64,000 nucleotides of DNA from Rhodospirillaceae bacterium MC! (GCA_002632265.1 NQOV01000007.1:143823-207822); one strand, 5' to 3'; shown: positions 1-11,752, counted from the stretch's first letter. Program-made: numbers and translations. The notes: generated by a model from the letters alone, not told the origin.

Positions 1-26
1 GAAGAAGCCGATAAGGAATAAAAAAC

Positions 27-770
27 GTGAACAACATAGATAACGCATTTGAGCAAATAACATTATTTAGAAATATCAATCCTGCAACCTTAAAGAAATT
101 AAAAAAGGATGCGGAAGTTATAGTCTTTAAAAATAACGAGCAAATTTTTCTCCAAAATACAGAAACAGATTTCTTGTACATTATTTGCGAGGGAAGTGGA
201 TACTTACAGCATATTAATACGGAAAGCAATAGTAGTATTCAATCAATTGTACTTGCTGATTCTTGCTTTAATTTATCGACAGTATTACTGGGATTAACAG
301 AAATAATCACAAGCTTTTCCGCAGGTAAAACAACCTTATTATGTGTCTCAAAGGAGCGTTTTTTGTCTGCCCAACAAACGGACAGAGTTCTAGAAAAAAA
401 CACTAAAACATTACTGGCAATCGAAAATAATAACCGCCTAAATCATACCATATGTTTAACTTCTTTTGATGTGGAAGAACGTATCTCTTGGTTTTGCCTT
501 TCACTAATTTTACACGAACGCATAAGAAAAAACGACAATAACGTCAACTCTCTTACGGTAAATCTAAACAAGGTTGTTATAGCATCCTACCTAAACATGA
601 AACCAGAAACCCTATCTCGTGCAATCAAAAAGATCGACAAATACGGCGTAAACTTCACAGGTAAAAACATCATCATTACCGATCAAGAAAAAGCTTGTAA
701 AGTCTGCAACCACGTAATAGGTGCAATCTGTGCCAGAAAAGACACAGACGATTGCCCTATTAATCATTAG
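27..770 (+). CDS. Crp/Fnr-family transcriptional regulator with C-terminal Cys cluster
   Basis: N-terminal cNMP-binding-like domain (IFLQN..TDFLYIICEG); Crp-type HTH (IASYLNMKPETLSRAIKK); GTG start after an AAGGA RBS. Confidence 0.85.
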   Translation: MNNIDNAFEQITLFRNINPATLKKLKKDAEVIVFKNNEQIFLQNTETDFLYIICEGSGYLQHINTESNSSIQSIVLADSCFNLSTVLLGLTEIITSFSAGKTTLLCVSKERFLSAQQTDRVLEKNTKTLLAIENNNRLNHTICLTSFDVEERISWFCLSLILHERIRKNDNNVNSLTVNLNKVVIASYLNMKPETLSRAIKKIDKYGVNFTGKNIIITDQEKACKVCNHVIGAICARKDTDDCPINH

Positions 771-1539
771 TTTTAAGCTCCTGATTTAGCTCATTTTTTT
801 TGCATAGTTTGGCATAGGAAACATTTTCCAGTTCTAATTCTCGTGTTTTTGGTTCGATGACCTCTTGTAACATTTTTAGATATTCTTTAGATTTATAGTT
901 GTTGGCGTCGTCCATTGGTGGCAGGAATTCTATGATGATTTTACCTGTACCGTTTAGAAATGATTTGTTTTTCCAAACGCAACCAGTATTTAAGGCCATG
1001 GGAATTACGCTTGCTTGGGGGAATTCTTTAGCTAAGAAGTACGCTCCTACGCTATAAGCTCGCCCACTTCCTACGGCACTTCTTGTTCCTTCGGGGAAAA
1101 TTACTACAACTCGATTTTCTGCTAAAACATCTTTAGCCTTTTGATTTATAAGCTTGAGAGTTTTCATTCCCCCATCTCTGTCTATGGGAATCTGTCCGCT
1201 ATTTTTCATCCACGTTCCCAACACTGGGATTTTTAAGAGTTCCTTTTTCATAATAAACGCAGGACGATTGAAAAATCCAGGTAAAAGAATAGTTTCAAGT
1301 GATGATTGATGTTTCCCTATAATAATCACAGGTTTATCCTTAGGCAGATTCTCCAAACCACGATATTCAACCTTTGCTCCTAAAGAGATTCGTAAGGCAA
1401 TACGTGTAAATAAGGCATAAGTATATTGACACACTCTCATTCCCTTAAAAGATTTGGAAAAGGGCAACAACACAACAGGCGATAAAAAAGTCGCTAGCAG
1501 AAATAATATTTTAAATAAAATTGTACGAATGTAAATCAT
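760..1539 (-). CDS. plsC: 1-acyl-sn-glycerol-3-phosphate acyltransferase
   Basis: HQSSLET and FPEGTRS acyltransferase motifs; IPIDR. Confidence 0.9.
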   Translation of the reverse strand: MIYIRTILFKILFLLATFLSPVVLLPFSKSFKGMRVCQYTYALFTRIALRISLGAKVEYRGLENLPKDKPVIIIGKHQSSLETILLPGFFNRPAFIMKKELLKIPVLGTWMKNSGQIPIDRDGGMKTLKLINQKAKDVLAENRVVVIFPEGTRSAVGSGRAYSVGAYFLAKEFPQASVIPMALNTGCVWKNKSFLNGTGKIIIEFLPPMDDANNYKSKEYLKMLQEVIEPKTRELELENVSYAKLCKKNELNQELKTND

Positions 1540-1656
1540 TGAAAAATATCCTTATATTTAGATAATGAAAAAAACTAATAAAAAAACTGTGAGTAAGATG
1601 TGAGCAAACTGGATAGCTGGATAGCTGACTAACTGGCTAGGGCAATCTGTGATTGA

Positions 1657-2937
<1,281 letters not shown>

Positions 2938-2992
2938 TTATTAGTACATTATTAGTAGATTATTGAGAGATTAGCCCCACTTCCAAAGACAT

Positions 2993-3481
2993 CTATTTAG
3001 CACGCTCCTTTAAATTACTATTAAAATAGTTCGGATCGCCTGTTACTTCTTGGCCTGCCCATGTGGGTATATTGATTTGTTCTTGTTCGCTCTCCAATTC
3101 CACTTCGGCAAGGATCAAGCCTGCATTGTTCCCGAAGAATTCATCGACTATCCATTCAAGTTTATCATGAATAATAAAATGACGAGTTTTATTTATGGTA
3201 GGCTTTTCTGCTAAATTCTCGAGCATTTCCGTAGCGTCTTCCAGGGGAATTTCATATTCATATTCGTAAGATGTGAATTTAGTATCTTTTTGCGGTGCTT
3301 TGATTGTTAAATAAGCATGATCTCCATAGGTACGCACTCTTACGACCTTATTTTTAGCGGAATATATATAGCCTTGATGTATATCTATGGATTTTATAAC
3401 ATGTTCTTTCCATGTATTATCCCTATGCTTAAAGTTTTTTAGCTTATCGGCTAATAAAAATTTACGTTCGATTTCCACCAT
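2993..3481 (-). CDS. CYTH-domain protein
   Basis: EIERKFL motif, YEYEIP, LAEVEL, EVTGDPNYFN. Confidence 0.9.
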   Translation of the reverse strand: MVEIERKFLLADKLKNFKHRDNTWKEHVIKSIDIHQGYIYSAKNKVVRVRTYGDHAYLTIKAPQKDTKFTSYEYEYEIPLEDATEMLENLAEKPTINKTRHFIIHDKLEWIVDEFFGNNAGLILAEVELESEQEQINIPTWAGQEVTGDPNYFNSNLKERAK

Positions 3482-3482
3482 A

Positions 3483-4196
3483 TCACATTCCTTTCTTTTT
3501 GTTACGATTTTTCATGATCTTTTTTGCTTGTCTATCTAATTTGCGTTGATCTCTTTTGATTTTATCTCGCTTTTTCATTTCCTGAAGAGCGAGCTTATAT
3601 TCTTCTTTTTCTTGTGAAGTCATAAGGGGATTGAGTCTGCCTAAGAGATTTTCTTTATCTTTTATGATGTGCCAAAACGTTCCCACCACATGGGCAAAAA
3701 CGAGAAAAATAATAGCGTAAACCATAATTATATGAAAATATAAAGCATATGTTCCTATGCTTTTTGCTACAGGAATAATATGCGGTAAGGGGATTCCCAT
3801 GAAAGTTAATTTGATATCTAAACCGTTAATCATCAACCATCCTGATAAGGGCATTAACAGGAATAATATATAAAAAACATAATGGGTTAATATGGCTGAT
3901 ATCTTCTCAAACTTGGCGAATTTTTTCGGCAAGTGGGGATTATTTTTAAAGTTCTTGATTTTAGTATACAATCTGATGATCGCAAATAAGACCAAGCCAG
4001 AGCCAAAAATCGCATGGCGTCCCATGTGTTCCAACTGAACGCCGTGCATGGGTAGACCGCTTGAATAAAATCCGAGAATCAATAGGGTAAATATCATGAC
4101 CGCCATAAGCCAATGCAATCGCCTTACGGTTACAGGATAGGATTTCTTACCAACTTCTTCTTTCTTATTTTCCATTTTTTGCATTTTTCCAACCAC
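3483..4196 (-). CDS. Cytochrome b561-like membrane protein
   Basis: RRLHWLMA, four TM helices with His ligands, MPLSGW. Exact start uncertain. Confidence 0.85.
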   Translation of the reverse strand: MVGKMQKMENKKEEVGKKSYPVTVRRLHWLMAVMIFTLLILGFYSSGLPMHGVQLEHMGRHAIFGSGLVLFAIIRLYTKIKNFKNNPHLPKKFAKFEKISAILTHYVFYILFLLMPLSGWLMINGLDIKLTFMGIPLPHIIPVAKSIGTYALYFHIIMVYAIIFLVFAHVVGTFWHIIKDKENLLGRLNPLMTSQEKEEYKLALQEMKKRDKIKRDQRKLDRQAKKIMKNRNKKKGM

Positions 4197-4238
4197 TTAT
4201 TTCATTTTTCTTATTTCATTTTTCTTATTTAACTTTTC

Positions 4239-5243
4239 TTATTTAACTTGTGCCACATGAATTTCCCCATCATGGGAAAGAAGAACCCTATTATGTGTAT
4301 GTTTCTTTTTGTCGAAATGCACCACTTCTTCTTCGATTCCTGTGGGATCTAAATGCACCATAACATTGGCTGTTGGATATTTCCCCATAATGCTATATGT
4401 GATGTCAATGGCTATTTTATGGGCTTCTCGTAGGATGAGATCGCCATTCACAGTAGCATCAACTTGGATGAAATACTTATCGCCAGACGCTCGAGTTTTA
4501 AAGGCATGAATATGCAAAACCCCCTCCGTGCCTAGGATAATACTGCGGATATCACTACGTACACCGTCTTCTATTTCCTTATCGAGCAACTGGGATAATG
4601 TCTCTTTAAAGATCCCATACACGCCAGATAAGATATATATGGCTATGGAAAAAGCGAATAATCCGTCCAAGATCCAAAAGTGGAAATAGTAACAAATAAG
4701 TAAAGTAACTACCACGCCAGTATTGGTAAAAGTATCCGCTTGGGTATCGAGATAGCTGGAACGAATGGCTATGCTTTTGGTTTTGTTGTATACATATCGC
4801 TTAAAAAAGTACAAGCCGATGTTAATACAGATAACCAAAATCATAATATATACAGTAGCATGATCCACATAAAAGGGTTTTGGATGTATGATCCCCCTAT
4901 AGGATTTGATCAAGAGAAATACGGCGATTCCTGTAAGCAATATGGCCTCGCCCAAGCTTGATAGTGCTTGGATCTTACCAAAGCCAAAGCGATATTCATT
5001 GTTTGCAGGTTGCAAAGATTGACGGATCGCCAATAATGTTACGATCGAGACGGTAACATCTAAAAATCCATCAGCCAAGGCGGAAACCATGGCCAAGGAA
5101 TCCGTAACCCACCACGCTATTATCTTGGAAAATAACAGTGTTAAGGACGCAAGAACAGATATATACGTGGATATTGTTAGAAGTCTTTTAGTAACTTCTG
5201 GGTCTAAGGGTTTTGCGGTTTCGCTTTGAGATGTGTTAGTCAT
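4239..5243 (-). CDS. Cation diffusion facilitator (FieF/YiiP-like)
   Basis: TDSLAMVSALADGFLD, FGFGKIQALSSL, FKTRASG, VMVHLDP. Confidence 0.88.
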   Translation of the reverse strand: MTNTSQSETAKPLDPEVTKRLLTISTYISVLASLTLLFSKIIAWWVTDSLAMVSALADGFLDVTVSIVTLLAIRQSLQPANNEYRFGFGKIQALSSLGEAILLTGIAVFLLIKSYRGIIHPKPFYVDHATVYIMILVICINIGLYFFKRYVYNKTKSIAIRSSYLDTQADTFTNTGVVVTLLICYYFHFWILDGLFAFSIAIYILSGVYGIFKETLSQLLDKEIEDGVRSDIRSIILGTEGVLHIHAFKTRASGDKYFIQVDATVNGDLILREAHKIAIDITYSIMGKYPTANVMVHLDPTGIEEEVVHFDKKKHTHNRVLLSHDGEIHVAQVK

Positions 5244-5309
5244 GTTTAAGTTATCTATTTCATTTGTCTTATGGGTTAAATATGGGTTAAATATGGGTTA
5301 AATATGTGG

Positions 5310-6164
5310 TTATGGTTCTAATTTTACATCTATTACAGGATTAAGTTTTTGTAATAAAATATAGGCGGTTTCATGAAAAATTGGATGTACTGCATGCGGA
5401 GAAATTTCGCAAAGTGGTTGCAAAACAAAATCTCTAACGTGCATGCTCGGATGTGGTAGAATCAAGGTTTCATCATAACATACATGGTTACCATATAAGA
5501 TCAAATCAAGATCTAAAGTACGCATTCCCCAACGTTGCTTACGTACTCGCTCGAAATGTAATTCCATATGTAACAGTTTTGTTAACAAATAGTAAGGACT
5601 TAGCAAGGTTTCAATTTCGATAACACCATTAATAAAATTCGGTTGATCTTCTACGCCATAGGGTTCGGTTTCGATCAGAGTGGATTCTTTTGTTACTTTT
5701 GTGAATTCTAACTCGTTGATTTCAACAATCGCTTGCTTAATAATTTCCCTGCTAGTGCCGAACTTTTGCGAATCTAAATTCGATCCCAAAGCTATGTGAG
5801 CCTTTACTCGTTCTCGTGTGATCTTGATTCCCACATCCTTAAAGGATACATCCATGGGGGCATGAGGTTTATGGATTTCGAGATCTATTTTCTTGATCAT
5901 AGGATGAGTATGTAAGATATTTAAAGCTACGTACTCCCCTGCTTTTTCGATTAAATCAAAGGTATGTATAGTAAAGTATTTAATAATATTAGTGGTAATT
6001 TCAGCATAATTTATACTGGCGTCAAGATCATCGCTCATACCTGCATGCGATAGATCCAAGTAAATATTAGAGGATATATAAAAATCTTGCCCTTGTTCTT
6101 TCTCAAAGGCTAATACGCCATGATTGGCATTTATTTTTATATCTTTAATAAATATCTTATCCAT
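5310..6164 (-). CDS. folK: Fused dihydroneopterin aldolase / HPPK (FolB-FolK)
   Basis: N-terminal FolB (HGV..EK..GQDF, SINYA, DLIE, KPHAP); C-terminal FolK (IALGSNL, QPNFINGV, RWGMRTLDLDL, LPHP). Confidence 0.93.
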   Translation of the reverse strand: MDKIFIKDIKINANHGVLAFEKEQGQDFYISSNIYLDLSHAGMSDDLDASINYAEITTNIIKYFTIHTFDLIEKAGEYVALNILHTHPMIKKIDLEIHKPHAPMDVSFKDVGIKITRERVKAHIALGSNLDSQKFGTSREIIKQAIVEINELEFTKVTKESTLIETEPYGVEDQPNFINGVIEIETLLSPYYLLTKLLHMELHFERVRKQRWGMRTLDLDLILYGNHVCYDETLILPHPSMHVRDFVLQPLCEISPHAVHPIFHETAYILLQKLNPVIDVKLEP

Positions 6165-6224
6165 GTTATAATCAAATCCTTAGTAATTTTTATTTTATGT
6201 ATTTTATCATAAAAGGGCGATCAT

Positions 6225-6797
6225 ATGCAACTTATATCAATATTAGCCACAACAAATAATGGAATTATCGGCATAAATAACAAAGAAAAGCACCAATATA
6301 CAATACCTTGGAAGATATCAAGTGATATGAAACATTTCAAATCTATCAGCGAAAATAATATCTTGATCATGGGATCAACAACCTATGAATCACTACCAGC
6401 GATATTTTTTAAGGATACAAGTAGAAAAATCATTGTATTAACTGGCAATAGATACAGAACATCCGACAAAAAGAACATCTTCATAGGACACTCAAAGGAT
6501 CACGCCATGAAAATAGCTTATAATCTTTCGTATAATAATACTAAAAAGGTTATTATCTGTGGCGGTAAGGAAATTTATGAGCTATTTCTCCCTAATATTC
6601 ATCAATGGATAGTATCTCACATAAATACCACCATTAATTCCCATACTCACGATCTAAGAGCAAATGACGAGCTAATCAATGTTAAAAACATACTAAGCCA
6701 TATTAAAAATAATAGTCTAAAAATTACTAAAATCAAGAGCTACAAGGCAAATAAACAAAATGAATATGACTTTGATATTATATCTTATGAACTATAA
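6225..6797 (+). CDS. folA: Dihydrofolate reductase (divergent)
   Basis: IIG..IPWKISSDMKHFK, IMGSTTYESLP, ICGGKEIY. Confidence 0.85.
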   Translation: MQLISILATTNNGIIGINNKEKHQYTIPWKISSDMKHFKSISENNILIMGSTTYESLPAIFFKDTSRKIIVLTGNRYRTSDKKNIFIGHSKDHAMKIAYNLSYNNTKKVIICGGKEIYELFLPNIHQWIVSHINTTINSHTHDLRANDELINVKNILSHIKNNSLKITKIKSYKANKQNEYDFDIISYEL

Positions 6798-6844
6798 TTC
6801 TGTTAAGGCTTGGCGATATTACAGATTGTCTGGATATGTTAAAG

Positions 6845-7993
6845 TTATATGTCGAAATATTTGCATTCATCTTTGGGAAGTGAGTTAAAGCTGGATTTTT
6901 CGGTGCTGGTGAGCCAGCATTGGGAATTGAATGATTGTAGGTGTTCGAATAGGGCGTCGGTGCGGGTGTTGTCTAGGTGGGCGATGATGTCGTCGAGTAG
7001 TAAAATGGGGGTTTTTGCGGTGATTTGGGTTTGTAAGGTGGCGTTGCTTAAGATCAAGGAGATGAGCAAGGCCTTTTGTTCGCCTGTGGATGAGAGCTTG
7101 GCAGGTTGATTTTTTTGGGCGTGGAAGATTGTGAAAGTGGTTTTGTGAGTGCCAAAATTGTTTCTATTTGAGAGCGTATCTTTTTGGCGGTTTTCTTTGA
7201 GTTTGCCACGAAAAAATTCTTCCACTTCTATGGCTGGATTCGTTAACAATTTATTTTCTATTGTGCCGTTGATTTTGACTTCTGCTCCTGCGAATGGGTC
7301 GTGTCCGATTTTGGAGATTGGGTTGAGTTTATCGAGAAAACTCAAGCGTGCGGCGGCGATTGCTACGCCTTGTTTAACGATGTTATCTTCTATGATATCG
7401 AGCCATGTTTCATTAATTAAAGAACTGTGTTGTTTCGTTAAAATATTTTGGCGTTCTTTTAATGTATATTCGTATTTTGAAAGGTGGCTAGCGTGGTTAT
7501 TATCCACATTGAAGATCATACGATCAAAGAAATTACGTGCCGAGCTATTGCCTTCTAAAAATAGCTTTGTCATTTGCGGAGTTACCCAATGACAAGTTAA
7601 AATATTCGCAAGATCCTTTTGTTTTCTCGTGCGTTGACCGTTGATCATGGTGATACGCTTTTCCATACCTTTTTCCAAAGCGTTGGGATCACGGCCGCAG
7701 GCGATATCGCTAATGATTTTATTATTTTCTACTTTGGCATGGACAGCCCATAAACGTTGGCTTGTGCTTGCCATATCATTAGGATCTTTACGAGCCAATT
7801 CTGAAGAGCTAGCTCCACGAAGTCCACGCCCTATATTAAGGGTGGTTATGGCCTCGAGTATATTGGTTTTGCCTGTACCGTTGGGGCCTGTAAATACGAT
7901 AAATTGCTCGTTTGTTTCGAATCGCACAAACGGATATGTTCTAAAATCTGTTAAAGTTAGTCTAGTAATTTTTGGGTTAGATTCTAAAAACAT
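6845..7993 (-). CDS. recF: DNA replication/repair protein RecF
   Basis: FRTY, GPNGTGKTNILEA (Walker A), STGEQK, PILLLDD; directly downstream of dnaN. Confidence 0.95.
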   Translation of the reverse strand: MFLESNPKITRLTLTDFRTYPFVRFETNEQFIVFTGPNGTGKTNILEAITTLNIGRGLRGASSSELARKDPNDMASTSQRLWAVHAKVENNKIISDIACGRDPNALEKGMEKRITMINGQRTRKQKDLANILTCHWVTPQMTKLFLEGNSSARNFFDRMIFNVDNNHASHLSKYEYTLKERQNILTKQHSSLINETWLDIIEDNIVKQGVAIAAARLSFLDKLNPISKIGHDPFAGAEVKINGTIENKLLTNPAIEVEEFFRGKLKENRQKDTLSNRNNFGTHKTTFTIFHAQKNQPAKLSSTGEQKALLISLILSNATLQTQITAKTPILLLDDIIAHLDNTRTDALFEHLQSFNSQCWLTSTEKSSFNSLPKDECKYFDI

Positions 7994-8006
7994 TAAATCC
8001 TTACAA

Positions 8007-9128
8007 TTATACTCGCATTGGCATTAGAACGTATAAAAGAGAATCGTCGGAAACATCTCGTAAAATAGCGGGTTCGGTAGATTGACCGAATGTGATTTGT
8101 ACGGTTTCGTCTTCGATCTGATTGATGATATCTAGCAGATACTTACCATTGAAACCGATAGAGAATTCCTCGCCATTTTCCCATGTAACTTCCATATCTT
8201 CTTCGGCTTGGTTATTGCTTACGGAATTTGCTACGAGAGTTAGTTGATTATCTTGAATTTCCAACTTAATGGCACGGCTACGATCAAGTGATACGGTAGA
8301 AACACGATCTACAGATTTTGCAAAGCTAACTGCCTCTAATTCTAAAAGTTTATTGTTATTTTTAGGGATAACACGTTGATAATCTGGGAAACTTCCGTCA
8401 ATTAGTTTTGATGTGATTGTGATTGACCCCATTTCAAACTTGATCAATGTTTCGTTAAAGCTGATTTTGATATTACCTTCGAAATTTTCCGATAATTTAA
8501 AGATCTCATGGACTGTTTTTCGTGGTACTATGATACCTTGTAGATTTTCGGCCCCCTCTGGCAATTCCACTTCCACACGTGCCAATCGGTGGCCGTCGGT
8601 TGCTACTACTCTTAGGACTTTGTTATCTTCTGTATCGTTGTCGGATGCGTGCATGTAGATACCGTTTAGATAGTATCTTGTTTCTTCTGTTGAAATGGCG
8701 AAACGGCTTTTGTTGATTAGATATGAAACGCTTTCCGTATCGATTTCAAATGAGCCAGTATATTCATTTTGTTTTAAGACTGGGAATTCGTCCGAAGCTA
8801 GGATAGATAGGCTAAAACGAGAACGCCCTGCTTTTAAATCGATTTGATTTTCTGTTAGTGTGAATTCGATATCTTCTGATGACGGTAATTTTTTCACGAT
8901 CTCATATAGGGTATGAGCTGGTGTTGTTGCTGTGCCTTCTTCTTCTACTTCTACATCGATTGTTTCTGCAAGTTCGATTTCCATATCCGTAGCGTGTAGG
9001 ATTAGCTTTCCGTCCGACACTGTCATTTTTACATTAGATAAAATCGGAACAGTAGTTTTTCTTTCTACAATGCTTTGAACATGTGATGTTGCTTTTAAAA
9101 GGTCTGCTTGTTTTACTGTAAATTTCAT
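8007..9128 (-). CDS. dnaN: DNA polymerase III beta clamp
   Basis: PILSNV, ATDMEI, ETRYYLNG, VATDGHRLA, FPDYQRVIP, LMPMRV. Confidence 0.98.
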   Translation of the reverse strand: MKFTVKQADLLKATSHVQSIVERKTTVPILSNVKMTVSDGKLILHATDMEIELAETIDVEVEEEGTATTPAHTLYEIVKKLPSSEDIEFTLTENQIDLKAGRSRFSLSILASDEFPVLKQNEYTGSFEIDTESVSYLINKSRFAISTEETRYYLNGIYMHASDNDTEDNKVLRVVATDGHRLARVEVELPEGAENLQGIIVPRKTVHEIFKLSENFEGNIKISFNETLIKFEMGSITITSKLIDGSFPDYQRVIPKNNNKLLELEAVSFAKSVDRVSTVSLDRSRAIKLEIQDNQLTLVANSVSNNQAEEDMEVTWENGEEFSIGFNGKYLLDIINQIEDETVQITFGQSTEPAILRDVSDDSLLYVLMPMRV

Positions 9129-9239
9129 ATGGATATCCTTATAAATTCTAATAAATAATAATTCTGATAGTATAACAGAAAAATTTCTAAATGTATATGA
9201 TTCTCTTTATAGATTTATAAAAATTATTTAAGAGACAAA

Positions 9240-9278
9240 AAAAATCCGCTTGCGATAATATATCGTAAGCGGATTTTT
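9240..9278 (-). terminator. Intrinsic terminator hairpin downstream of the MCP gene
   Basis: AAAATCCGCTTGCGATA-ATA-TATCGTAAGCGGATTTT, with A/T tracts on both sides. Confidence 0.7.
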
Positions 9279-9298
9279 ACGGCTATGAAGAGCTAACC

Positions 9299-9411
9299 AA
9301 AGGGTGTGAAAAAGTGCTTGAGTGCTTGTTTTTAAGGCATGCGGGGTGTATACCCCATACATAAGCATGACTTAAAAGCATTACAATGAGTGCTTTTTCA
9401 CGCCCTTTTTA
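9299..9411. repeat. ~110-bp palindromic element (subtype B) at the MCP stop codon
   Basis: AAAGGGTGTGAAAAAGTGC...GTGCTTTTTCACGCCCTTT arms; core TGTA..TACATAAGC shared with copies at 22.8, 26, 43 and 58 kb. Confidence 0.8.
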
Positions 9412-11367
9412 TTTAATAGATTCTAAGAAACTAGTAACTTCATGTTCCATGGTATCACTAACAGTTGAGATATTGTCGGATACGCTAGAAATATTCTTAG
9501 CTTGAGCGTCAGTTTCTTCGATACTGTTGGTAATTTGAGTGATACTTGCGTTAATGTTTGATACTGATTGGTTTACGGTTGACATATTCTGATCGATATC
9601 ATTAATTGTTACACTTTGTTCTTCAATTGCGGCAGCGATTGCGGTAGATGTTGAGTTTAGTTCTTCCATAGTGGTTGAAATGATTTCAACGGCAACCGAT
9701 GCTTCATTTGTTTTCTCTTGTACTTGGTTAATTTGAGCGGTAATTGTTTCTGTAGCTTTTGCGGTTTGGGTAGCTAAGTTTTTAACTTCCGAGGCCACAA
9801 CGGCGAAACCTTTACCTGCTTCCCCAGCACGAGCCGCCTCAATTGTGGCATTAAGTGCTAGTAAGTTAGTTTGGTCGGCGATATCGTTAATCAGAGAGGC
9901 AACTTCGCCAATTTTGGTAACTTCGTCCACTAGAGTACTAATGGTATGAGATGATTTATCGATGTTTTCAGAGGCTACATTCGCATGAGACATACCCGCT
10001 TGTGCTTGGCGACTGATCTCGTTTGTTGCTGATGATAACTCGGTGGTAGAGCTTGCTACTCTGGTAATTTCATCGGCAACTAAAGATACACTTTTATCTG
10101 CCTCATGAACTGCTTTTAGCGAGCTAGCTGATTGAGTTTTTAATAGGCTTGAACTATCTTCTAAGTTTTGTCTATTACTTATAAGTTTTGAGATAGCCTC
10201 TTTTGAACTTCCGTCAAACTTAGCGATTTGGCGTAGTAAGTTGGCGTTACTTTCTTCTTTAAGTCTTGCAGTTTCGGCAATTTCTTTTTCACCTTCGATC
10301 TGTTTAATTAAACTATCTTTAAGTAATCCTAGGGAGTTGTTTAAGTTTGTAAACTCACTACCGTCGGTTGTTTTTGGTACAATACAATTTACATTACGAT
10401 GAGCTAGCTCATCAATAATACCGATTGAATGGGTAAGACGGATAATAATTGATTTAGTAAGATAAATAATGGCGATTGCTAGGATTAAAACAATAAAGAT
10501 AATACTTATAATTGAAATTGTTAACACTGCCGAATTAATTAAGCCTGTTTCTGTAAGAGAGTATAATTTCCAATCAGTATTTGCCACAAGGAAAGTATCA
10601 ACTAGATATTTTTTACCGTCGATGGTAGTTGTTTTTACCCCTGCTGGCACATAATCATGTAAAGGCTTACCTAATACGCCTTTCATATTTGTAGATACAA
10701 TTTTCTTACTTTTAGTATTTTCTAAAAAGATCTTACTGTGAGTTGCATCAATTTTATCATATAAGCTTTCGAAGTTTGCTAAGGTGATATCTACCGCTGT
10801 AACAAAGGTTTTATTATCTTGAACGATTGATACAACTGTTTGGTTAATACTATTCACATAAGGATCGGTTACATACAGACCACCAGGAGCTTTTTTTGCC
10901 CCTTGATACCAAGGGCGTTCCGACGCACGAAAATCTTTCATGGTTAATGAACCATTATTTAAAAGAGTACCATTCGGATACCCTGTATATACGTTGACAA
11001 GAGTTTGATCGAAAGATGCGGCCTCGGTATAAATTTTATGTAATTGTGTTACTTTGCTTAATGGATTATAATTCGAACCGTCTTTAGGTGGGTAAGTATA
11101 ATCTGTTTTACCTGTAAAATCTGGTGCTTTTGCAGGGTTAATATTCATTTTTTTAGTAATATTTGAAAGCTGTTTAACTAGAAAGAATTTATCTTTCATA
11201 ACTGTTGATAAGTTTTGGGCTAAAGAGGCGGAAAACTGTCTGGTACTTTTTAAGGTATCGGCTTCAAGTAATGGGGCGGTTCTTAAGGTTAAAAATCCGA
11301 TAGCGAAAACAACTGGAATAATTGCAGAGGCTAACAGCGGAATTAATATTTTATTTCTTATCTTCAT
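9409..11367 (-). CDS. Methyl-accepting chemotaxis protein with dCache sensor
   Basis: Two TM helices; RPWY/TDPYV Cache motifs; [34 protein letters not shown] hairpin. Confidence 0.96.
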   Translation of the reverse strand: MKIRNKILIPLLASAIIPVVFAIGFLTLRTAPLLEADTLKSTRQFSASLAQNLSTVMKDKFFLVKQLSNITKKMNINPAKAPDFTGKTDYTYPPKDGSNYNPLSKVTQLHKIYTEAASFDQTLVNVYTGYPNGTLLNNGSLTMKDFRASERPWYQGAKKAPGGLYVTDPYVNSINQTVVSIVQDNKTFVTAVDITLANFESLYDKIDATHSKIFLENTKSKKIVSTNMKGVLGKPLHDYVPAGVKTTTIDGKKYLVDTFLVANTDWKLYSLTETGLINSAVLTISIISIIFIVLILAIAIIYLTKSIIIRLTHSIGIIDELAHRNVNCIVPKTTDGSEFTNLNNSLGLLKDSLIKQIEGEKEIAETARLKEESNANLLRQIAKFDGSSKEAISKLISNRQNLEDSSSLLKTQSASSLKAVHEADKSVSLVADEITRVASSTTELSSATNEISRQAQAGMSHANVASENIDKSSHTISTLVDEVTKIGEVASLINDIADQTNLLALNATIEAARAGEAGKGFAVVASEVKNLATQTAKATETITAQINQVQEKTNEASVAVEIISTTMEELNSTSTAIAAAIEEQSVTINDIDQNMSTVNQSVSNINASITQITNSIEETDAQAKNISSVSDNISTVSDTMEHEVTSFLESIK

Positions 11368-11752
11368 GGTACTTCCTAAGTTTGTAAGTAAATTCGTTAT
11401 TATAGAATCTCAAAATGGTTAACAAATATTAACATATATCATGTATCATTGTCAAACAAAAATAAATAAGATGTTGTTTAAATTATATATTTACCATTTT
11501 TAATTAATAATATGTAATAAATTTACAAATAGTTAACATAAATGTAAGTGTTTAATTTAACTAGATAATATCAATCTTTTTAGTGATTCTCTAAGTTGTA
11601 ATTATAAAAGATAAATATAAAAATAAAGTTAAGAAAAAACAATTTTTTATGACTGCTTGTAATTTTTCTTAACTTTATGATTATATTTTTGCTTGTAGGA
11701 TAGTTAAAGGATCAAAAAACAAGATATTTTACTATTTAGTTACATTATGAAA

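Noticed and set aside
6849-8658. Antisense and shadow ORFs over recF/dnaN, and similar ones over hisS, iscS, tldD, oppA, the 942-aa gene and the transporters
   Set aside because: They fully overlap well-supported genes and carry no recognisable motifs.
6845-9128. dnaN-recF without dnaA or gyrB as a novelty
   Set aside because: Break-up of this cluster is common in Alphaproteobacteria.
11415-11433. CtrA box upstream of the MCP gene
   Set aside because: A TTAACCAT half-site is present on the minus strand, but the TTAA pair is spaced by 6 rather than 7 nt; weak evidence in such AT-rich DNA.
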